Assembly: GCA_963771355.1 (NCBI GenBank)
Contig: CAVYTA010000006.1
Span: 2,592,001-2,656,000 of the forward strand
Length of the DNA: 64,000 nt
Direction of reading: 5' to 3'
Source: an uncultured Candidatus Rokubacteria bacterium
GTDB taxonomy: Bacteria; Methylomirabilota; Methylomirabilia; Rokubacteriales; CSP1-6
Of this stretch, positions 1 to 9,859 are shown piece after piece. Positions within the stretch are counted from its first letter, which is position 1; every line of letters begins with the position of its first letter. Both the position numbers and the translations under genes were made by a program. The notes beneath the pieces are model-generated. The model made no database searches. It was not told the origin of the DNA and was given only the letters and a program-made list of their open reading frames with translations.

Positions 1-786
1 TTCGGCCTGGACCAGCCCTGGTACCTGCAATACGGGCGCTGGATCGGCCAGCTCTTCCAGGGGGACCTGGGCACCTCCTGGCGCACCGGCAAGCCGGTGG
101 TCGGCCTCATCCTCGAGCGCCTGCCGGTGACGCTCGAGCTCACCATGCTCGCGGTGGTGTTCGCGCTGGCGCTGGGAATGCCGGCGGGCGTGCTGTCCGC
201 CGTTCGCCGCAACGGCGCGCTCGACAACATCACGCGGGTGGGCACCCTCCTCGGGCTCTCGGTGCCGGTGTTCTGGCAGGGCACCATGCTCATCCTGTTC
301 TTCTCGCTCTATCTCCGCTGGATGCCGCCGGTGGTGTGGGTGGACTTCTTCACCGACCCCCGGCGCAACCTGACCATCATGCTCCTGCCCGCCCTCTGCC
401 TCGGCACCGCGGCGGCGGCCAACATCGCGCGCACCACGCGCGCCTGCATGCTCGACGTGCTCCGCTCCGAGTACATTCGCACCGCCTCCGCCAAGGGGCT
501 CGCCCGCGGCGCGGTGATCCTCAAGCACGCGCTCCGCAACGCGCTCATCCCGGTGGTGACGGTGGTGGGGTTGCAGATGGGCATCCTCCTCGGCGGCACC
601 GTGGTGGTGGAGGAGGTGTTCACCCTGCCGGGGGTGGGGAGGCTGGTGCTCTGGTCCATCTACCAGCGCGACTATCCCCTCACCCAGAGCACCATCCTCT
701 TCATCGCCTTCCTGTTCATGTCGCTGAACCTGATGGTCGACCTCGTCTACGGCTACCTGGATCCCCGGATCCGCTACAGCCGCTGA
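1..786 (+). CDS. ABC peptide/nickel transporter permease (DppB/OppB-like), 5'-truncated by window edge
   Basis: Frame open from base 1 (FGLDQPWYLQY...GDLGTS); EAA-type motif EYIRTASAKGL; C-terminus YGYLDPRIRY. Confidence 0.93.
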   Translation, partial: FGLDQPWYLQYGRWIGQLFQGDLGTSWRTGKPVVGLILERLPVTLELTMLAVVFALALGMPAGVLSAVRRNGALDNITRVGTLLGLSVPVFWQGTMLILFFSLYLRWMPPVVWVDFFTDPRRNLTIMLLPALCLGTAAAANIARTTRACMLDVLRSEYIRTASAKGLARGAVILKHALRNALIPVVTVVGLQMGILLGGTVVVEEVFTLPGVGRLVLWSIYQRDYPLTQSTILFIAFLFMSLNLMVDLVYGYLDPRIRYSR

Positions 787-802
787 CCCAGGAGGCAATC
801 CC

Positions 803-1894
803 ATGCGTGCGTCGGTTCTCTTCGAGCAGGGCAAGCCGCTCCGCGTGGAGGACGTGGAGCTCGAGGCCCCGCGGGTGGGCGAGGTGCTGGTCCGCATGAC
901 GGCGAGCGGCGTCTGCCATAGCTGCCTGCACGCCGCCGACGGGAGCTGGCAGGGCGTGCCGGTTCCCATCGTGCTGGGCGACGAGGGCGCCGGGGTGGTG
1001 GAAGCGCTCGGCGCCGGCGTGGTCGGGCTCGCGCCGGGCGACCACGTCATCCTGTCCTGGGCACCCACCTGCGGCCGCTGTCATTTCTGTGTGATCGGCC
1101 GGCCCAACCTCTGCGAGCGCCGGCAGCCCGGGCGCGGGGTGCTGCCCGACGGGACCACGCGGATGACGCTCAACGGTCAATCGGTCTACTCCTACGGGCA
1201 CGTGGCCACATACGCCTCGCGCACGGTGGTCCACGAGTCCTGCGCCATCCGCATCGACCCCGCCATGCCGCTGGACCGCGCGGCCCTCGTCGGCTGCTCG
1301 GTGATGACGGGCGTGGGCGCGGTGATCAATACCGCCGCGGTACCGCCGGGCGCGAGCATGGCCGTGTTCGGCGTGGGCGGCGTGGGGCTCAACGTCATCC
1401 AGGGCGGCGCCCTGGTGGCGGCGCATCCCATCATCGCGGTCGACGTGGTGGCCGCCAAGCTGGAGCATGCCCGCGCCCTCGGTGCCACCCATCTCGTCGA
1501 CGCCTCGAGGGAAGACCCGGTGGCGGCCATCCGCCGCCTCACCGGCCGCGGCGCCGACTTCACCTTCGTGGCGGTGGGCGCCACCCGCCCCGTCGGCCAG
1601 GCCATCGAGGCGCTGTCGCCCGGCGGCACCTGCGTGCTCATCGGGGTGCCCGAGTCCGGCGCCACCCTCCCGCTCGACGTGCGCCCGATGGTGACCGGCG
1701 AGCGCGTCGTCCGCGGCTCGAGCTATGGCAGCGCGCGCACGCGCGAGGACCTGCCCCGGCTGGTCAACCTCTACCTGGCGGGCAAGCTCCGCATCGACGA
1801 GCTGATCAACCGTCGCTATGGCCTCGACGAGGCCAACGAAGCCTTTCGGGCGCTGGCCGCGGGCGAGCTCGCGCGCGGGCTCATCGTCTTCTGA
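803..1894 (+). CDS. Zn-dependent alcohol dehydrogenase (MDR, class III-like) with atypical catalytic Zn ligands
   Basis: AGGAGG RBS; structural Zn motif CGRCHFC..C; GVGGVG Rossmann motif; GVCHSCLH and LGDEG replace GVCHSDLH and LGHEG. Confidence 0.9.
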   Translation: MRASVLFEQGKPLRVEDVELEAPRVGEVLVRMTASGVCHSCLHAADGSWQGVPVPIVLGDEGAGVVEALGAGVVGLAPGDHVILSWAPTCGRCHFCVIGRPNLCERRQPGRGVLPDGTTRMTLNGQSVYSYGHVATYASRTVVHESCAIRIDPAMPLDRAALVGCSVMTGVGAVINTAAVPPGASMAVFGVGGVGLNVIQGGALVAAHPIIAVDVVAAKLEHARALGATHLVDASREDPVAAIRRLTGRGADFTFVAVGATRPVGQAIEALSPGGTCVLIGVPESGATLPLDVRPMVTGERVVRGSSYGSARTREDLPRLVNLYLAGKLRIDELINRRYGLDEANEAFRALAAGELARGLIVF

Positions 1895-2343
1895 TGCGCG
1901 AGCTCGTCTTCGCGCTCGAGTTCCACGGCCGCGGCGAGGCGGTGCCGGGATCGTCGACCCTACGCCAGGCGCGCACCACCGCGCCCAGCCAGGCCTTCCG
2001 CACCGCACTCGCCGCCGACGGCATCCACACGGCGGCGGAGCCGATCGCGGGCGAGACCGCCGTGCTCGAGTCCCGCGTCGAGCGCTTCCCCGACGGCACC
2101 TTCGTCGAGGACGGCACCATCACCTATGGACGCGCCGGCCGCCTCACCTTCGTCACGGTGGGCCACGGTCACGTGGGACCGAGCCCGCAGCCGGGCCGGG
2201 TGCACGGCACCGTGATGTGGCGGGTGACCGGCGGCGAGGGCGGGCTGGCCGGCGCCCAGGGGCTCATCACGTCCAACTTCACCGTCACCGCGGACGGCGA
2301 GGTGATCGACGACCACTTCACGCGGCTCTTTCTACCCGACTAG
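1894..2343 (+). CDS. Hypothetical 149-aa beta-rich protein (possible dirigent/allene-oxide-cyclase-like barrel); paralog of 25455..25904
   Basis: TGATG coupling to the ADH gene; VTGGEGGLAGAQG motif; gapless alignment to the second copy. Confidence 0.8.
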   Translation: MRELVFALEFHGRGEAVPGSSTLRQARTTAPSQAFRTALAADGIHTAAEPIAGETAVLESRVERFPDGTFVEDGTITYGRAGRLTFVTVGHGHVGPSPQPGRVHGTVMWRVTGGEGGLAGAQGLITSNFTVTADGEVIDDHFTRLFLPD

Positions 2344-2353
2344 GAGGCGTGCC

Positions 2354-3130
2354 ATGTGCTTCGATTCCGACTCTCGACCCCCCATTCACCCGATCTTCGG
2401 CGGCGCCACCGACGCGCGCGACCTCCGGCTCACCTCCGCCGACGGCACGCGCTTCATGGCCTATGCCGCGCGGGCGACCAGCCCCACCGGCGCGGGCATG
2501 ATCGTGATCCCCGACGTGCGCGGGCTACACCAGTACTACAAGGAGCTGGCGCTGCGCTTCGCGGAGGCGGGGGTGGACGCGGTTGCCATCGACTTCTTCG
2601 CGCGCACCGCGCCGAGCGACGACCGGAGCGATAAATTCGACTTCATGAGCCAGGTGCCGCTCACCACGCCGGAGACGCTCCAGGCCGACATCGCGGCGGC
2701 GGCCGCCTATCTCCGCGGGCGCGAGGGCGGCGGCGTGCGCTCGCTCTTCTCGGTGGGGTTCTGCTTCGGCGGCGCCCTGTCCTATCTCCAGGCCGCCAGC
2801 GGCCTCGGCTATGCCGGGGTCATCGGCTTCTACGGCTGGCCGCTCGGCCTCAAGCGCTGGCCGGATCGGCCTCGCCCCATCGACGCGGTGCCCCGCTATG
2901 CCAATCCGGTCCAGTCCGTCTGGGGCGGCGCCGACGAGGGTATCCCCCCGAGCGCCATCGAGGAGTTCGACGGCGCCTGCCAGAAGGCGCGCGTGGCGCA
3001 TGACTCCAAGGTGTATCCCGGCGCGCCACACAGCTTCTTCGACCGCAAGCAGACGGAGTTCGCGGAGGCTTCCGCGGATGCGTGGAGCCGGGTGAAGAGC
3101 TTCGTGGGGCGAAACACCAAGGCGGCCTAG
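2354..3130 (+). CDS. Dienelactone hydrolase family protein
   Basis: RBS AGGAGG; nucleophile elbow GFCFGG; YPGAPHSF catalytic His; PDVRGL motif. Confidence 0.92.
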   Translation: MCFDSDSRPPIHPIFGGATDARDLRLTSADGTRFMAYAARATSPTGAGMIVIPDVRGLHQYYKELALRFAEAGVDAVAIDFFARTAPSDDRSDKFDFMSQVPLTTPETLQADIAAAAAYLRGREGGGVRSLFSVGFCFGGALSYLQAASGLGYAGVIGFYGWPLGLKRWPDRPRPIDAVPRYANPVQSVWGGADEGIPPSAIEEFDGACQKARVAHDSKVYPGAPHSFFDRKQTEFAEASADAWSRVKSFVGRNTKAA

Positions 3131-5463
3131 GCCGGGCGCGCGGCGGCCTCCGCCTGGGCCGCGATGGCCAGCGCGATGCGCTCCGGGGTCAGCGGCAGCT
3201 CGGTGAGGCGGACGCCCGTCGCGTCCTGGATGGCGTTGGCGATGGCGGCGGGGGCGGGGATGATGGGCGGCTCGCCCACGCCCCGCGCCCCGAAGGGCCC
3301 GGAGGGCGACGGCACCTCCACGATGATGGTCTCGATATTGGGCAGGTCGGCGGCGGTGAGCTTGCGGTAGTCGAGCAGGCTCGGGTTGGTGAGCCGCCCG
3401 ACGTCGTCGAAGGCCAGCGCCTCGGTGAGCGCCATGCCCAGGCTCTGGACGGCGCCGCCCTGCATCTGACCCTCCACCCCGAGGGGATTGATGGCGCATC
3501 CCACGTCCTGGACCACCACGAAGCCGTGGAGGGTGAGCTCGCCGGTGTCCGCGTCCACCTCGATGCGCGCGAGCTGCGCGGCGAAGCCCGGTGCCTGCTG
3601 GGAGAAGGCGGGATGGCTCACGCCCAGCACCGGCTCGATCTTGGACATGTAGAGGTTGCCCTTCTTGCCGATGGAGGCCAGCGTGGTGGAGCGATCAGGC
3701 ACGCCGCGCACCACCACCTTGCCGTCCTCGATCTCGAGGTCGTGGAAGGACGCCTCCAGCTCCTTGGCCGCGATCGTGAGCGTCTGCTTTCGCGCGTCCT
3801 TGGCCGCCTCCATCACCGCCACCCCGACGGTGTAGATGGTCTTGCTGCCCGCGCTGAGTCCGGTGACCGGCGCCACATCGGTGTCGCCGGTGGTGATGCG
3901 CACCTTGTCGATGTCCACGCCGTAGGCGGACGCCGCGATCTGCGCCAGCGCGATATTGGTGCCCGCGATGTCCACCTGGCCGGTGAGGACGCTCAGCGAG
4001 CCGTCGGGATTGAGCCGCACGGTAGCCCCGGTGGGCTGGAGCCCGCCGAGCCAGCCGCCCACCGCGAGGCCGGTGCCGCGCAGCCCGTGCCCGTCGCGAT
4101 TACCGCTCTTGGCCCAGGCCGCCCGCTCCGTCCAGAACGGGTGCTGGGCCACCCGCTCCAGCACCTGCTTGCCGCCATTGCTCTGCCAGGGCTGGTCGTT
4201 CACCATCGGGTCGCCTTCCTGGATCATGTGACGCCGGCGGAACTCGACGGGATCGAGGCCTAGCGTCCGCGCGATCTGCTCCATGTGCGACTCGATGGCG
4301 AAGATGGTCTGCGGCGCCACCGGCGCGCGATAGGCGGCCACGCTCGGCTTGTGGGTGAGCACCTCGAAGCCGCGGATGTCGAAGGCGGGCCACTTGTACA
4401 TGCTGCCCAGGAACACCGCGCTCACCGCGAGCACCGCGCCGGAAAACGCGCCGGACTCGATCACGGTCTCCGCGTCGAGCGCCATCAGGGTGCCGTCCTT
4501 CTTCACTCCGGTCTTGAGCCGGATGATCACCTGCGGGGCGGGCATGCCCGCCTCCAGCTCTTCCCGCCGGGTCATCACGTAGCGTACCGGGCGCTTGGTC
4601 ACGCGGGAAAGCTCCGCAGTGATGGGCTCGCACAGCGCGCGGATCTTGCCGCCGAAGCCGCCGCCGCACTCCATGGGAATGACGCGGATCCGGTTCTCCT
4701 CGAGGCCCAGCACGTCCGCCACCTCGGAACGGGTGTTGAACGAGCCCTGGGTGCTGGCCCAGAGCGTGAGGAGCCCGTTGCGATCCCACTCCGCCAGCAC
4801 CGCGTGGGCCTCCAGATAGCCCTGGTGGACCATGGGCACCCGGTAGGTCTTCTCCAGCACGAGGTCCGACTCGGCGAAGCCCTTGGCCGCGTCGCCGCGG
4901 TGCACGCGGGACTGCTGAGCGATGTTCACCGCCTTGGCGGGTCCGGTGGCCTCGTTCTTGAGCGCCACCGCCGAGTGCGCGAGCGCCTCGCTGGTGTCGG
5001 CCTCGGTGCCCGCATCCGCCACCGGCGGCGCGCCGGGCTGCATGGACTTCAGCGGATCCACCGAGGCGGGCAAGACCTGGTACTCGACCGTGATCAGGTC
5101 CAGGGCCTCCTCGGCAATGGCCAGCTCGTCGGCCGCCACCGCGGCCACCGGCTGCCCCACGAACACCACGCGGTCGATGGCGAGCACGGCATGCGCGCGC
5201 GTGGGCGCCTTCTTCTTGAGCTGCGGCATATCCGCGGCGGTGAGCACCGCGCGTACGCCGGGAAGCGCTTTCGCCCGGGAGGTGTCGATGCGGACGATGC
5301 GGGCATGCGCGTGCGGGCTCCGGAGGAGCTTCGCGTGCAGCAGGCCGCGGGGCTGGAGATCCGCCACGTACTGGACGCGGCCGGTCACCTTCTCGGGCCC
5401 GTCGGGCCGGGGAATCGAGAGGCCGACCCCCTTGACGTCGCGCGTGGTCTTCATCACGGCCAT
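3127..5463 (-). CDS. Xanthine dehydrogenase family molybdopterin-binding large subunit
   Basis: Start MAVMKTTRD after a GGGGAG RBS; RSPHAHARI, GGGFGGK, GQMQGG and GARGVGEP motifs. Confidence 0.93.
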   Translation of the reverse strand: MAVMKTTRDVKGVGLSIPRPDGPEKVTGRVQYVADLQPRGLLHAKLLRSPHAHARIVRIDTSRAKALPGVRAVLTAADMPQLKKKAPTRAHAVLAIDRVVFVGQPVAAVAADELAIAEEALDLITVEYQVLPASVDPLKSMQPGAPPVADAGTEADTSEALAHSAVALKNEATGPAKAVNIAQQSRVHRGDAAKGFAESDLVLEKTYRVPMVHQGYLEAHAVLAEWDRNGLLTLWASTQGSFNTRSEVADVLGLEENRIRVIPMECGGGFGGKIRALCEPITAELSRVTKRPVRYVMTRREELEAGMPAPQVIIRLKTGVKKDGTLMALDAETVIESGAFSGAVLAVSAVFLGSMYKWPAFDIRGFEVLTHKPSVAAYRAPVAPQTIFAIESHMEQIARTLGLDPVEFRRRHMIQEGDPMVNDQPWQSNGGKQVLERVAQHPFWTERAAWAKSGNRDGHGLRGTGLAVGGWLGGLQPTGATVRLNPDGSLSVLTGQVDIAGTNIALAQIAASAYGVDIDKVRITTGDTDVAPVTGLSAGSKTIYTVGVAVMEAAKDARKQTLTIAAKELEASFHDLEIEDGKVVVRGVPDRSTTLASIGKKGNLYMSKIEPVLGVSHPAFSQQAPGFAAQLARIEVDADTGELTLHGFVVVQDVGCAINPLGVEGQMQGGAVQSLGMALTEALAFDDVGRLTNPSLLDYRKLTAADLPNIETIIVEVPSPSGPFGARGVGEPPIIPAPAAIANAIQDATGVRLTELPLTPERIALAIAAQAEAAARPA

Positions 5464-5465
5464 GG

Positions 5466-5951
5466 CTATCTCCCCTTCCCGGCGGCCACGGTACCCGCGG
5501 CCTCGGTGATGGCGTCCAGCATCTTGGTATAGCCGGTGCACCGGCAGAGATTGCCGGCGATCCCGTAACGGATCTCGCTCTCGGTCGGGCGCGGATTCTC
5601 GGCGAGGAGCGCCACCGCCGCCATCAGCACGCCCGGGATGCAGAAGCCACACTGGGGGACGCCCAGGCGGACGAAGGCCTCCTGCAGCGGATGGAGCGTG
5701 TCGTCCTTGGCCAGGCCCTCGATGGTGCGCACGGACCGCCCGCGGGCCTGATGCGCGAGCATCAGGCAGCTCGCCACCAGCTTGCCGTCGACGTGTACCG
5801 AGCACGCGCCGCAGTCGCCGGTGCCGCACCCTTCCTTGGGCCCGGTGAGCCCGAGCTCCTCGCGGAGCACGTCGAGCAACGTCTCGTAGGGGGGGACCAG
5901 CACCTCCACCGCCTCGTCGTTCACGGTGCAGCTCAGGATCTGCTTCGCCAC
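5466..5951 (-). CDS. 2Fe-2S small subunit (CoxS/XdhC-like)
   Basis: GTG start after GAAGGAG; GCGTGDCGAC, QCGFC and GNLCRCTGY motifs. Confidence 0.95.
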   Translation of the reverse strand: MAKQILSCTVNDEAVEVLVPPYETLLDVLREELGLTGPKEGCGTGDCGACSVHVDGKLVASCLMLAHQARGRSVRTIEGLAKDDTLHPLQEAFVRLGVPQCGFCIPGVLMAAVALLAENPRPTESEIRYGIAGNLCRCTGYTKMLDAITEAAGTVAAGKGR

Positions 5952-5967
5952 GGGCTCTCCTTCCAGC

Positions 5968-6834
5968 TCAGGCGCCCGCCCGCTCGCGCGCGGTGATGAG
6001 CGTGCGGCGGGTGAGGACGCGGACAAGGTGACGGCGATACTCGGCGGAGCCGCGCTGGTCGCTGATGGGGCTCGCGGCGGACACCGCCAGCGTGGCGGCC
6101 GCCTCGATGCGCTCGGCGGTGAGGGGCTGGCCTTCCAGCGCGTGCTCTGCCTCGGTGGCCCGCACCGGCGTGGGCGCCACCGACGCGAGCGCGATGCGCG
6201 CCTTGGCGCAGACGCCGTCGCCGAGCGTGAGCTGGGAGGCCACCCCTACCACCGCGATGTCGAGCTCGCGCCGCGGCGTATGGCGCAGGTAGTTGCCCCC
6301 GCTGCGCGGGGCGGGCGGGGGGACGATCAGCTCGAGCAGCAGCTCATCGGGGCCGAGCACGGTACGACGGACCCCCTGGAAGAACGACGCCAGCGGCACT
6401 CGGCGCCGACCCTTGGGGCCGATGATCACCGCCTCCGCCTCCAGCGCGATGAGCGGCGGGGCCATGTCCGCGGAGGGCGCGGCATTGCAGAGATTGCCGC
6501 CGACGGTGGCGAGGTTGCGGATCTGGATGGAGCCGACCAGCGCGGCGCTCTCGGCGATGGCGGGATACTCCTTGCAGACGCGCGCGTCCTGCTCCAGCTC
6601 CCGCGCCGTCACCGCCGCGCCGATCCGCAGGCCGCCGGCGCCATCGCGCTCGAGCGCGCGCAGCTCCTTCACGCCGGACAGATCCACCACCAGCGCGGGC
6701 TTGAGGAGGCTGTTCTTGAGCTGGGGCAGGAGATCGGTCCCTCCGGCCACCAGCTTGACGTCCGGCCCATGGCCCGCCATGGCCTTGAGGCAGTCGTCCA
6801 CGCTCGTCGGCAATGCCAGATCGAATCGTCTCAC
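5968..6834 (-). CDS. FAD-binding medium subunit (CoxM-like)
   Basis: AGGTDL, IRNLATVGGNLCNAAPSAD and SAEYRRHL motifs. Confidence 0.95.
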   Translation of the reverse strand: MRRFDLALPTSVDDCLKAMAGHGPDVKLVAGGTDLLPQLKNSLLKPALVVDLSGVKELRALERDGAGGLRIGAAVTARELEQDARVCKEYPAIAESAALVGSIQIRNLATVGGNLCNAAPSADMAPPLIALEAEAVIIGPKGRRRVPLASFFQGVRRTVLGPDELLLELIVPPPAPRSGGNYLRHTPRRELDIAVVGVASQLTLGDGVCAKARIALASVAPTPVRATEAEHALEGQPLTAERIEAAATLAVSAASPISDQRGSAEYRRHLVRVLTRRTLITARERAGA

Positions 6835-6909
6835 GCGGTATCTCCGGTTCCTGACGCGGGTTGGCTCGGGACAGCAGGCTCGCGAGGGGAGATGTTACCA
6901 TCTGCCGCG

Positions 6910-8124
6910 GTGCTTCGCCGCTGGTTCCTCCTCACGATCCTCACCGTGGCCTACGGCTTGGGCGCCTTCGGCATGCTGGGCGTCTCCCCGCTCACCCCCA
7001 GCCTCGTCGAGGGCTTTCACCTCACGCGCCTTCAGGTGGCCTTCATCGTGCCGTCGGTGTACGTGGGCGGACTGCTCTTCTCGCTGCCCGCCGGGCGGCT
7101 CGCCGATCGCTGGGGCGTGCGGCCGACCTTCCTGGGCGGCATGGCGGTGGGAGCAGGTGGCCTTGCGCTGGCGGGAGCGGCGCCGGAATTCTCGCTCTTC
7201 CTCTTCTGTCTCTTCGTTGCCGGAATCGGCTGGAGCGTGGTCAATCCTGTGCTGGGCAAGGCCATCGTGGATCTCTTCCCGGTGCGGGAGCGCGGCGTGG
7301 CGATGGGGATCAAGCAGATGGGGCTCACGGTGGGGGGCGTCCTCTCGGCGCTCATCCTCCCGCGCGTGGCGGCGGCCTGGAGCTGGCGCGTCGCGATCGC
7401 CGCCTGCGCCCTCACCATGGGCGCGCCGGTGCTGGCGGCGTGGCGCACGCTGGCGCCCCTGGCCGTCGCGCGCGTCGACGGCACCAGAACCGCGGGCGAG
7501 CCCCGCGCCGACAACTGGTGGTGGCTGCGCCAGCCGCCGCTCCTCACGCTCTTCGGGGCCGGCCTTGCGCTCGGCATGGTGCAGTCGGCCGTGCTCGCCT
7601 ACCTGCCGCTCTACGGCGTGGAGGTGCTCGGGCTCGGCGCGGTGGCCGCGGGCGGGCTGGTGGCGGCGGCCCAGGCGGGCGGCGCCGCCGCGCGGCTCGG
7701 GCTCGGCGCGGCGAGCGATCGCTGGCTCGGGGGTCGGCGGCCGCCGTGGCTGGTCGTCTCCTCGCTCATCGGCGCGGCCGTGTTTGCCTCCTACGCGATG
7801 CGACCGACGCCCGACGGCCTCACCGCGGCAGCCCTCGCCTTCGCGGCGGGCATCGGCGCGCATGGCTGGGTGGGCGTGTACTTCATCGCCAGCGCGGAGG
7901 CAGGCGGCCCGCGCCAATCGGGGCTGCTCAGCGGCGTCTCGTTCGCCGCCATCGTGGTCGGGCTTCTCGCGGGGGCGCCGTGCTTCGGCGCCATCCTCGA
8001 GGCCACCGACTCCTACCGCGCGGCCTGGGGCGCGTTCGCGGCGCTCTCCGTCCTGGTGGCGGGGGTGATGGCGCTCGCCGGCGGCGCCATTCATCGGGAG
8101 TGCGAGCGGGCCCAGGCCCGCTAG
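6910..8124 (+). CDS. MFS transporter
   Basis: About 12 hydrophobic segments; motif A GRLADRWGVR; GTG at 6910 behind an extended -10 (alternative ATG at 6892). Confidence 0.88.
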   Translation: MLRRWFLLTILTVAYGLGAFGMLGVSPLTPSLVEGFHLTRLQVAFIVPSVYVGGLLFSLPAGRLADRWGVRPTFLGGMAVGAGGLALAGAAPEFSLFLFCLFVAGIGWSVVNPVLGKAIVDLFPVRERGVAMGIKQMGLTVGGVLSALILPRVAAAWSWRVAIAACALTMGAPVLAAWRTLAPLAVARVDGTRTAGEPRADNWWWLRQPPLLTLFGAGLALGMVQSAVLAYLPLYGVEVLGLGAVAAGGLVAAAQAGGAAARLGLGAASDRWLGGRRPPWLVVSSLIGAAVFASYAMRPTPDGLTAAALAFAAGIGAHGWVGVYFIASAEAGGPRQSGLLSGVSFAAIVVGLLAGAPCFGAILEATDSYRAAWGAFAALSVLVAGVMALAGGAIHRECERAQAR

Positions 8125-8135
8125 GTCAGGGCCCG

Positions 8136-8486
8136 CTAGTTCACCGGAGAATGGCGCACCACTGGCCAGGGCACGTCGACTTCGACCGTGCCGTCGCCGG
8201 TGACGAAGCGCAGGCGGACGAGATCATGGCCGGGCAGCTCCACCATTCTCTTGGCCGCGATCGGGCGCCAGTCGCCGTTGAGGAAGGCGTAGACCCAGAC
8301 GCCGGCGTCGGCGGGACCGCCGTAGTAGAGGTAGCCGCGTCCCGCTCGGCGGTGGAAGTCCACCGCGTGTCCGCCGGACGTCGTCTGCACCACCACGTCG
8401 AAATGCACCTGGGGCGGCTCGGCCGCGCGAGCGACGTGGGGCGAGAGGAGGAGCAATCCCAGCATCAGAGGCGCCAGTGACATCAT
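8136..8486 (-). CDS. Hypothetical exported protein (116 aa)
   Basis: GAGGAG RBS; signal peptide ending ARA-AE; directly downstream of the TPR gene. Confidence 0.6.
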   Translation of the reverse strand: MMSLAPLMLGLLLLSPHVARAAEPPQVHFDVVVQTTSGGHAVDFHRRAGRGYLYYGGPADAGVWVYAFLNGDWRPIAAKRMVELPGHDLVRLRFVTGDGTVEVDVPWPVVRHSPVN

Positions 8487-8492
8487 CGCTCC

Positions 8493-9801
8493 TCAGGCTG
8501 CGCCGGTCGCCGTCTCGGCCTGGGCGAGCCAGCGCGCGTCGCGCGCGGAGGCGCGGCCGGCCAGCCGGCGCCGGAGCAGCCGCGCCGCGTCCGCGTTCCG
8601 GCCCAGCCGCAGGTAGGACACCACCATGGTCTCCTCGAAGAGCTCCCACTGCGCATGGCTGCCACCCATGCGGTGGATCTCTCCCTCGATCGGCTCGAGC
8701 TGGGCCAGGGTCTCCGCGTGATCGCCGGCCGCGAAGGCCGCCGCCGCGCGCACCAGCGGCAGCCCCACCCGCCCCGCGATGGGATGGCCCTTGGCGTCGA
8801 GGGCCCGCATCCCGTCCATGAGCCGATCGAGCGCGCGCGCGTCGCCGCATGCGGCATAGGCCAGCGCGGCGTGGATCTCGCCGAAGACGAAGCCCGGCCG
8901 CGCCACGCGCGTGGCGATCTCGGTGAGCGGCTCCCAGCGCAAGGGGCCCTCCGCGCACTCATAGAGGAGGAAGCGCCAGAGGAGGGACGAGCCGTCCATC
9001 ACCGCCAGGCGCGCGTTGACACCGCCGAGGATGTCGCGCTCGTAGATCTCCAGCGCGCGGCGCGGCCGGTCCCGGTGCAGCTCGAAGAGGGCGAGGTGCC
9101 ACGCCAGATGGCAGTGATAGGGCGCGAGACGGTCGTAACCGGCGAGCCAGTCGGAGAGAAAGGCCGCGCCGCCGTCATTGTCCAGGGTCTCGAAGTAGAT
9201 ATGCGCGATGTTGTGGCTGGCATTGGCGTTGGCGGGGTACTGCGCCAGCGAGCGCTCGGACAGGCGACGCGACTCCGCATAGCGGCCCGTCTCGTGATAG
9301 ACGAAGCCCAGCGCGGAGAGAAACCACCAGTCCTCCCCGAAGGCGGGCGCCAGGCGCTCGAGGAAGGCCGTCCGGTGGGCCTCGCGGTCCGCGCGACCGC
9401 CCAGGCCGATGCTGCTGCTGGCCTGATTCACGAGGAGCGCATCGCGCGGGAACTCCGCCACGTGCTCGTCGATGAGGGCAAGCCCGCGCGCAGTCTCACC
9501 GCCGACCAGCGCCGCCAGCGCCGCCACGTGCTGGCGCTCGCGCCGGCTGGCGCCCGCCACCCGCTCGCCGGCCAGCGCAATGGCGGAGCGCGCGGTGTCG
9601 GCATCGCCGAGGAAGAGCGCGACGAACGCGCGCCCGGCATGGGCCACCGCCAATCCGTCGTCGGCGGCCAGCGCGGCGGCGAAGGCCTCGCCGGCCCCAC
9701 GCCCGTAGGCGAGCAGCAGATCCATCCCGGCCTGATAGCGCTCGGCGGCGAGGGGCGGAATCGGTGGAGACGGGCAGGCCGTAGCGGTCGGTGGCAGCCA
9801 T
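8493..9801 (-). CDS. TPR protein, TTC38-like; one +1 frameshift near 9753
   Basis: N-terminus MAATDRYGLPVSTDS is in one frame and the body AAERYQAGMDLLLAYG...HCHLAWHLAL...MGGSHAQWELFE in another; removing one base of the G4 run at 9752-9755 joins them. Confidence 0.8.
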
Positions 9802-9859
9802 GCGGGTGCCCTGATCCTACCATTGACAGGCGCAGCCGCCCGGGCCACAGTCGGGGGCC

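Noticed and set aside
3127..6834. Aerobic CO dehydrogenase (coxMSL) or 4-hydroxybenzoyl-CoA reductase
   Set aside because: The large subunit lacks AYxCSFR/AYRGAGR, there are no cox accessory genes, and the FAD subunit lacks the 4Fe-4S insertion
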